The notes beneath the pieces are model-generated. The model was given only the letters and a program-made list of their open reading frames with translations, was not told the origin of the DNA and ran no database searches. DNA of 64,000 nucleotides from Paraspadella gotoi (taxonomy: Eukaryota; Animalia; Chaetognatha): positions 13,153,023-13,217,022 of the forward strand of contig CM119270.1 in the NCBI GenBank assembly GCA_051294375.1, written 5' to 3'. Shown one piece after another: positions 55,189 to 64,000 of the stretch; position 1 is the stretch's first letter; the number at the start of each line of letters is the position of its first letter. Both the position numbers and the translations under genes were made by a program.

Positions 55189-55730
55189 TTGTTCTTTCCT
55201 TTCCTCCGTCTTTTTCTTTCCCCCTTCTCTTCTCTTCCTCTGCTCTTCCCGTTCCCCATTAGACTCGCGATGAAAAATCTCCGTTTTNNNNNNNNNNNNN
55301 NNNNNNNNNNNNNNNNNGAGGGAGGGGGGAGAAACGGGTGAGGAATGGGTTGGGGAAGAGGGCGAGGATGAGGATGAGAAAGGGCGCGATGGGTAAGTGG
55401 AAGATAAGCACCTGTGAGATGAGAGGGACATTCCAGAGAGATAAAGGATTCATTAAAACTCATTTATTTTTTTAATTCGAGACAAATTAAACCTCAAACG
55501 AAAAATACAAATCTTTCTCCAAGTCAAAGCGTTGCACTTTTAACAATTCGCAAATACTAACTCAATCATTAACGACTTACGTAATCATTATTGAATTAAT
55601 CAATCCGATGCTTGATTTCCTTTGGTCAAATCAGGGCTATGAAGAACTCTGCTTGGAAATTCACTGAGACAACCGGCTAATGACTAAGTGCATCTTTCAC
55701 AGTAATTTTCCAACCCTGGAGTCGGACCAG

Positions 55731-55836
<106 letters not shown>

Positions 55837-56590
55837 TCCCAGGCACTAACACACAAACACATACACACACAAAAACGGCCACACATTCCCCGGGCACGCA
55901 GCGTCGAGCCGTCTCCCTCCCACGCCTTCTCCAAACCTGGAACATTTCTTCTTCATTTAAGGATCTAATTTTACGATCCTCGGCTGAGCCAAACGGGGCG
56001 ATTTAATGCCTCGAATGTTACACGGTGCCGTTATAAACTTCAGAATTTTTTTTTTTTTTTTCAAATTGACGTAAAACATTTTCGAAAATCTTTAAGAGGC
56101 AATTTCCTCATTCAATCAACTAAAAGAGAGAGANNNNNNNNNNNNNNNNNNNTTTTTTTTTTTTACTTCGAGTCAGATTAACTATCGTCGTCGTCGTTTT
56201 TAAAGTCTCCAGGCAGCCATTCAAATCCTTCTCAAATTTCCCCCTTCTTCTTTTCCTTTTTTTTTTCCTCTTTCCTTTTTTCCCTTTTTTTTTTCGTCGT
56301 CTTAGCTTCCGGTTTTCCTTCACTTTCGCGCAAAGTCGGATTACCTCTCTCCTTTCCCCTCGACGATTCCTCACTGATACAGTTTCACTTCTCACAACTC
56401 GGTGATACTATTTCTTTATTTTTTAAGATTCTATTTCCCGACCGTAAATCTCAGATACTTAAATAAAAGAAGAATATAGATTAAATAAGATAGAATAAAA
56501 AATAATAATAATAATAATAATAATAATAAGTTTCACTAACATCCGATGGCGTAATACACTTCAGAGTAATCGACCAGAAACCTCAGAGGT

Positions 56591-56690
56591 AACTTTCCCT
56601 CTCTTTCTAATTACAACCTTCCTACTCTTTCTAAATCCAACCTTCCTACTCTTTCTAAATCCAACCTTCCTACTCTTTCTGAATCCAACC
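56591..56690. repeat. 24-bp minisatellite, about 4 copies
   Basis: Unit CAACCTTCCTACTCTTTCTAAATC. Confidence 0.9.
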
Positions 56691-56821
56691 ATTCCTCTTT
56701 CCCTTATCCACTTATCCTTTCCCGAATTCCCGTCCATGATTCTTCATAGTCTCCAAATTCAATTTCAATTGGTTTCCGCGACAGGAACGGCCCCGCTTCT
56801 TTCACGATTGTTTCAACTGAA

Positions 56822-56931
<110 letters not shown>

Positions 56932-57377
56932 CCCTCTGAGTCAAGTTAACCGTTGTTGTTCTCCGAGCGCGGCGCTGTCGCCATCTCCCGACGCCGCCTC
57001 GCGTTCGAACAAAAGAACGCGCCGAGTCGTCGGTAACTACGAAGCAGGATTGAGGAGTGGGTTAAAGGGAGGGATGGGGGCGAAACCTGGGACCGGAAAC
57101 CGCGGCGCCAGTCGGCGCCTCGGCGATTTACTGCCGTCGACGGTGAAACGATGCCGGAATCGGGAGATCCTGTCGGCGCGTCGTTAAAACAGCGTCTTTT
57201 GTTTGCGTTCAAGTTTTATATTTTACGTAGAGGCCGCCTATCTCGACTAAAAATGTATGGCCAAAACATATGGGCAACCTCATATTAAAGTGGTCACTTA
57301 TACGGGGCTGTTTTTTAAAGAGACGCCTGCAATTACGGTACGTCTACGATAATTTGCATCAATCTTTTCCACTTCAG

Positions 57378-57585
57378 TCGACGCTGAAGAAATTAACCAG
57401 TAACCATTACCCATTCCTCTTTGCGTCTTTCAAAGAAAAGGGCGGAAACCTTCCTTCTATTTTTGAAAAAAGATTTCCGAGACTGTCTCCCCCAGGCCTG
57501 GTTGGTGAAGAAAGGAAAAATGGAGTGAAGCTGGATAATAGTGTCGGTCGGTCGGTCCAATCAATTTTAAACTGTTGAAGAAGAC
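57378..57585 (+). CDS. Candidate internal exon, unknown protein
   Basis: Strong acceptor cttttccacttcag| and donor GAC|gtaagt. The frame STLKKLTSNHYPFLFASFKEKGGNLPSIFEKRFPRLSPPG.. is open until 7 nt before the donor. Further exon-like pieces lie at 58382-58450 and at the donor AAG|gtaagt (58523). Confidence 0.3.
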
Positions 57586-57861
57586 GTAAGTCTTAGTAAA
57601 GAAAATATAATGCAGGTGTTTTTCAAGAATTGACAAAAAATAATAATAATAAAAATAATAAACTTGTAACTGATGTTCTCGGGCTTAAAGAGCTCTTTTC
57701 TTGCTGAAATATATACTAGTAGAACGAATGTTTGAGGTCAAAATAGCTGCTAAGAGACGGAGAAAAAAAAGATAAAATGGGAGAAAGAGAGAAAGAGAGA
57801 AAGATAGAAAAAGATATTGAGAGGGAGAGAGAGAGAGAGAGAGAGAGAGATAGATAGAGAT

Positions 57862-58133
57862 TAGAGCGTAGTGAAAGTTACATACGAAAATTCTAAATAT
57901 AAATTATGAACAACATACCATCAGTGAACATTAATTTGTATAAAAAATTAATTTTATGTTCTTCAATTTTCGCAGTAGGCTATATTTATATAAAGTACTA
58001 TCCTTATAAAATCAAAAAAATTCAAAATAAACTTTTCGTAATTTTCAATGCAGATTTGAATTCCTAGTCAAACGTTTATGAAAGAAAATATAAATCATTT
58101 TTAAAAATTGGTGTGGGTTTTTACTACGCTTTA
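57862..58133 (-). mobile_element. 272-bp internally deleted copy of the 39548-40194 foldback element
   Basis: 57862-58108 matches the reverse complement of about 39915-40194 (GCGTAGTGAAAGTTACATAC..TTATGAACAACATACCATCAGTGAACATTAATTTGTA). It ends TTTTACTACGCTTTA. 8-bp TSD ATAGAGAT at 57854-57861 and 58134-58141. Confidence 0.9.
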
Positions 58134-58921
58134 ATAGAGATAGAGAGTGTGAGAGAGAGCGAGAGAGAGAGAGAGAGAGAATTTTATTTTTTCTCTAAGT
58201 GACTTTCGACTCGAGATACGATTAGTGAAGGAAATGATTTACAATTTCAAGGAGAAAACTTGTGACGCAAAAAAGAATGAATAAAAAGACTAGAAAAGAG
58301 ATTGTATATAGCCACTTACGCACGTACTTTACAATATACAGTCTAAAAGGCTAATCGCTATTTACATTCTTTTTTACGTAGTTTCGAGTACAACTGCTTG
58401 AAAAGAGAAGCATATGGAGTACTAAGTAGTTCAACAATTGTTTGGACTGATGTTTTAATCTTTTGATATTTTCTTTTTCTCTTATTTTTTCATTCCCGTT
58501 TCCCGATGGATTCAACCCAAAAGGTAAGTTAATTAGCTTCTTTGAATGGTTGCTGCCGTGAATGCTGGATTTCTACTTTCCTTTTTTTTTGTCAGAACCA
58601 AAAAGTACCTAATTAATATATTTGTTACATTCGAAACAATTTCTCCAGCTCAAGTTTTAAAAATTGTAACAATTGCGAAAAAGAAAATATATTACTGGTT
58701 TGGTCGTCGTCCTCGTCTGGGCGTCCGCCATCCATAGTGTGACAGAGCTCTTCAACTTTTATCAACTCTGGAATGAAATTCGTGCTTTTCCTTCTTTTTC
58801 TTCAATGCCGGACGAGGAGAGAGAGGCAGAGAAAGAGAGAGGGAGAGGAGAAAGTTTTGATTGGGCGAATGAGAGAGAGGGGTGGAGATGAAAATGATAT
58901 GCGGGAGGAGATAGGGAAGAA

Positions 58922-59014
<93 letters not shown>

Positions 59015-59100
59015 GAGACCCTAGACCCAGAGGCCGCAAGGATTCAATAAAAATCGTTTCATTGCCTTAATGACGTCGAGATGTGGAGGAAACTGCAAGA

Positions 59101-59227
59101 AGTGAAATGCGTGGAAGAAAAAGGGATGTAAGTAAAATGCGTGGAAGAAAAAGGGATGTAAGTAAAATGCGTGGAAGAAAAAGGATGTAAAGTAAAATGC
59201 GTGGAAGAAAAAGGGATGTGAGTAAAA
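59101..59227. repeat. 30-bp minisatellite, 4 copies
   Basis: Unit AGTAAAATGCGTGGAAGAAAAAGGGATGTA. Confidence 0.95.
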
Positions 59228-59352
59228 AGTTTGATATTACCAGAAAGGTGAAGGAAAGTAGAATTGAGTTACTGCCGTATTTTCTATCACAAATTTAAGT
59301 CATTTAAGTTATTTTTAAAATAGATTGATATCCTACAACGTAAAAAATTTAC

Positions 59353-59629
59353 AGTGAGCTTGACAGCAAATATACCAGGGTCGTCAACAGCTCCAGTGAA
59401 AAGCGGTGATATTTTTTCTCACTGCAAAAACTACATAAGAGACACAAGCAAAGATCACAATACAGATCATAATGAAACACAACATACTTATGAGTTATGA
59501 AATATCTATTTATAGTTTTTGTAGCCAAATAAAAAATTGGTGATAGATTGGATTTCCCTTGGAGTCATTTCATAATTTTAAAGACTTGGCGCCGTTTGTG
59601 GTTGCTATTTTTTTTCAGACAAGAGAAAA

Positions 59630-59671
<42 letters not shown>

Positions 59672-59798
59672 AAATCTTGGCGATCTAATTAGCTGAAAAA
59701 TTGACTATTCGTCAAAACCGTCATAGAAGGATTGCAGACAAGAGTCAAAAAATCGTTATGAGAATTTAAAAAAGAAAACTCTTTCCCGAAAGTGCTCT

Positions 59799-59829
<31 letters not shown>

Positions 59830-59985
59830 TCTGTCTTTGTCTTTCGCCAGTCTTGAGAGTCAAAAATTTGCGTTTTCTATCTTGTTTGATGATGAGGAAA
59901 AAGAAAAGGATTCAGTGGAAAACCTTCGTCTTCATTTTCGAGAATCTCTAGGGGTAAAAAAACAGGATCTCTTCGTCTCTCGTCT

Positions 59986-60035
<50 letters not shown>

Positions 60036-60328
60036 TCTCTTCCCTCTCTCTCTCACATTGTCTTTGCCTCTCCTTCGGTGGATTTCCTTTTGTTACTCTC
60101 TCTCTGTACATTGAAAAAATGTTAAGTGAATATTGTATCGTGGCTCGTTACTTAGCATCGTGATTGGTAGATAGAGGGAAAGACACGCAACATCAGTGGG
60201 GGGCTGAAAAGAATACTGAAAAATATTTCACTCTCATACCTCAATTTGCTGTATGAGAGCATGCCCAGATGAATGCAGACAGTAGACGATGCCGAGGGAC
60301 GGCACACAAAATATTGAGCATGTTTTAC
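59353..60328 (-). CDS. Candidate small exons of an unknown gene
   Basis: catag|60328-60240|gtatga and ttttcag|60203-60152|gtaacg join in frame across a 36-nt intron (KTCSIFCVPSLGIVYCLHSSGHALIQQIE-PPTDVACLSLYLPITML). tttgcag|59421-59353|gtaaat contains KISPLFTGAVDDPGIFAVKLT, but its phase does not match directly. Confidence 0.4.
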
Positions 60329-60876
60329 CTATGTTTTGTAACTTTTTAACAACTTTTTGATATATTTTTTGCCTCGATTGTACAATTTAAAAAAAGTGTT
60401 TTACACCCGGTACTTGTTTAAAACCAAAATAAAGTAATTAACTAGTTACATGTAGTTACATGTAAATCAAATAGGTAAAAGTTTATTGTGCCGAGTCTGG
60501 GTAAGTACCGAGTTAAGGTAAGTGCCTCGTCCGGGTGAGATTGAAACGACGATTTCCTCCCAGATTCCTGAAAAAAAACATCCGTTGGAATTTTTCAGAT
60601 TTTTTTTTCTTCTCCACAAAAAAAAAAAGTGGTTGGCGCAACGAAGACACGATTCAAAACTGAGAACCGAAAATTTGATCTTTTCTTATATAAAGATCTC
60701 GATCGAAACGTTCCGTCGATGGGATCTGTCGCCTGAGAATGGGAGCCAAGTTTTGGGGCCGCAACGATGTTCGTTGGGCTGGAAATGAATTTAGAATGAA
60801 AGAAAAATGAAAGAAAAATGAAAGAAAAACAGTTGGAGGAAACACTAAAAAAAATTTTTGTTGCCACGGGGAGGAA

Positions 60877-60910
<34 letters not shown>

Positions 60911-60913
60911 GAG

Positions 60914-60954
<41 letters not shown>

Positions 60955-61443
60955 GAGAGAGAGAGAGAGAGAAAGAATTTAAGTCTGAACGCTCACGTGA
61001 TTGTCACGCAAAGCCCCTAAAATGTGGTGATTCTTGGGAGGTTTGTGGTGAAAGGGAAGCGAGAGTGAAGTTGGGTGGATGCACAACACCACGACTCAGG
61101 GGGGTCCCTGAGTCAGGGGGGCTGAGGGGACGTGAGGGTGGTAAACGTGAATAGAGTGAAAGAAAGTGGTATAAGAAGCGGGTCATCCAACGACGGGCTG
61201 AAGATAAGAAAAAGAAGCGTGTGGCACTGTGGAGGCGGAGGCGTGCATTAAGCAAGGTAGGGGTGGGTTGCGGAGGGTAAGACCCCGAGCGTGTGTGGGC
61301 TGCGTGTGTACTTGGGCTTAAAACGCCAGAAAGAACCTAACGAGGCCTACGTCCTTGAGTCAATATTATGAGTTATGACGGCCCACGTAATTTTCTTTAC
61401 GTTTTTATGTTCCGGTGACCGAACTGAGCGGGCAAAGACGGGG

Positions 61444-61484
<41 letters not shown>

Positions 61485-61905
61485 GGGGGGCGATGTGAAG
61501 GCGCAGGTCCGGGGGTCCGATCGCCCGGAAAACAGAATCGGGCACCTGGGCTTTTTTTTATTTTTTATTTTTTATAAGGATGAAGACGAAAATTCTCTTT
61601 CCAACTTAGCCACAATGAAAATATAATAAATAACTGATTAATAGGAATTTTTTAGACCCATAAGACAAACATACTATCGATGCTTTTAACTTTATCACAT
61701 TTTCTAATAACGGATCAAATACGAAATATTGAATTAAATTGAATTAAATTAGATTTATTAAATTAAAAATAATGTAATCCACGAACTATGATCCTGGGCC
61801 ATCTCCTTTGAAAAAAATCGATCGTTTATAAACTGTTATGGAAAGTCAACAACGACTAAACCGCCGGGACACCGCTACCGCCGCCGCCGCCGCCGCCGCC
61901 GCCGC
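61444..61905. repeat. (GGC)n at 61444-61481 and inverted (CCG)n at 61878-61905
   Basis: Direct reading of two complementary trinucleotide runs about 400 bp apart. Confidence 0.9.
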
Positions 61906-64000
61906 CTCGTTTTTGTGACGGCCGAAAGTTCAAAGTTCTTATGAAAAATATCGTTACACTTTCTGATCCTGAATCTCTCCTTATTTTTCTTTATTTCGGC
62001 CAAAAAAAAGAAAGAGGGAGAAAAAAGGACGAAAAAAAAAGAAGAAAAATCGACGAAAGGGAAAATTTGGTAAGGGTAAGGGTAAGAGGTTAAAGGAAAG
62101 GTGGAGGTTATCAAAACGACCCGTTGCCCTGAGAAAAGTAAGAAATGAAGACAGCGAGGGGAAATGAGTGAGTCTAATAGGTGAGGGAGAAAGGGAAGAG
62201 ATTTTAGGAAAGAGGGGTAGAGTCAGTTTGAGAGACTGTGTGTATGTGTGCGTGAAGGCCATAAGGAATACTGGAAAGGGTTAAAAAGATATATAAATAT
62301 AGAAAAGATGAAATATGTAGAGGGAAGAAAAAAGATAGCTTGTTTATTAAATGAATGGATAATTTTTATATTGGTTGTATCAATTTCATAACATATTTAT
62401 TATTCATTAAGAATAGAAAATGTGAGCAACAAATGAAGAAAAAAAAATGAAAAAAAAAGAAAGAAGAAAAAGAAAGTATAAAGGAAAAAAAAGTAAAAAA
62501 AGGAAAGAAGAAAAAGAAAGTATAAAGGGAGAAAATGAGGAAGAAAGAGAGAAAATGAGTCGATAAATGAGATCAGAGTCGTGAAAAGATGGAACCTGTG
62601 AAAAATAACGCCACCTGGCAGAGCTGTTTCTACTATTTGTCTCTCTGGTGAAATAAGGACCATGAAAATGACGTCATTCGTTCAATTCCTTTTCATGCCC
62701 GAGTTGTTTTTCAAGATGACCTTCGGTCCTACTTATGTTGAATATTCATCAAGTATCAATGGGAATATTTCATTTGGCGACTTCTAATGAGTGTTTATCG
62801 TGTTTTATAATTTTATAATTTTATAATTTTACAATTTTATAATTTTATAATTTTATAATCCGCTCTTTCAAACCTTGACGCCTACACTCTCCATCAAAAA
62901 CCCAAATTCACTGAAGTAAGAAAAAAAAACGAAGAAAATAGTAAAAATGTGCAAAAATGTAGAAAATGAATGTGAGAGTCGTGACTCGCGAGTGAGAAAA
63001 GAGGCGAATGTGAAAGTTCACATCAATGGATTCCGCATCATTTCACGGCTTCTCTTAGATTCTATCCAAAGTTTTCGCCTTTTTTTTTATTCTGCGCTAA
63101 AACCATTTGTTCTTTCGTTCGCGTGGATTTCGTTCGCTTATCATTCTTTTTTATTTTTATTTTCTTCTCTTTTTATCCTTTTCTCCTTTTCTTTTTATCT
63201 TCGTTTTCTTTTATTTTTATTTTTAATTTTATTTTTATTTTTTCCCCCCTTTTTTTCTTTTAAAAAAATTTACTAGGTTTTCTTTTTCTTTTCTCATTCT
63301 TCTTTTCTTTTTCCCTTTACTTTTCTTTTCTATTTTTTTTTCTTTTTATTTCTTTTCTTTATTCTTTTATTTGTCTCTTTTCTTTCTTTACTTCTCTTTT
63401 TTTCTGTGAAAAGGATTTTCGACTTTTGGGTTGAATATTCTCTCTCTCTCTCTCTCTCTCNNNNNNNNNNNNNNNNNNNNNNNNNNNNNNNNNNNNNNNN
63501 NNNNNNNNNNNNNNNNNNNNNNNNNNNNNNNNNNNNNNNNNNNNNNNNNNNNNNNNNNNNNNNNNNNNNNNNNNNNNNNNNNNNNNNNNNNNNNNNNNNN
63601 NNNNNNNNNNNNNNNNNNNNNNNNNNNNNNNNNNNNNNNNNNNTCTCTCTCTTCTATTCTTTCCATTGATTTATTTATATTTTCTCCCGCTATAAAGAAG
63701 ACGATACTGACGACGACGGCCGCGAGACGATGACGACGATGTTCAGAACCGAAATTTACTACGACGAGAAAAACGCCAAACAAGAAAAGATAAGTTGACG
63801 ATGACAGTGACGATGACGACGACGACGGTGACGATGACGACGACGACAGCGACGATGATGATAAACGAATTCGGGATCACGTCTCGTCAGATGGCCTTTG
63901 TTGTTGTGGGCTCCCCTTGCGGAAAAAAACGAAGCTCTTTGGAGGTTTCCTCTCTCTTTCTCCGGTTTTCTTTAGTCTCTCTCTCTCTCTCTCTCTCTCT

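Overview
AT-rich, CpG-undepleted eukaryotic (most likely invertebrate animal) genomic scaffold, saturated with (AG)/(CT), (GAC)/(CGT), (AAAG) and (ATT) simple repeats. It has nine N-gaps, four of exactly 25 N, and stretches that look like unpolished, indel-rich long-read fill. No prokaryotic features, rRNA, intact tRNA or CRISPR array. Nearly all entries in the supplied ORF track are microsatellite read-throughs. Well supported: several non-autonomous transposons, namely a 647-bp foldback element with a 9-bp TSD plus a deleted second copy, a TA-flanked Tc1/mariner-type MITE, two different Helentron/DINE-1-like (HINE) families, and a 159-bp TGT..ACA element whose 38-bp TIRs enclose a tRNA-like Pol III head, with a longer relative at 29 kb. 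Also well supported are many minisatellites and four kb-scale duplications, at least two of them probably assembly artefacts. Less certain: clusters of small GT-AG exons. The most interesting hypothesis is a 6.3-kb TTAA-flanked Kolobok-like TIR pair (15702-22040) enclosing a degraded tyrosine-kinase-like segment (+) and a convergent 7-exon unknown gene (-). All gene calls were made by eye on noisy sequence and need indel corrections. No database search was possible.
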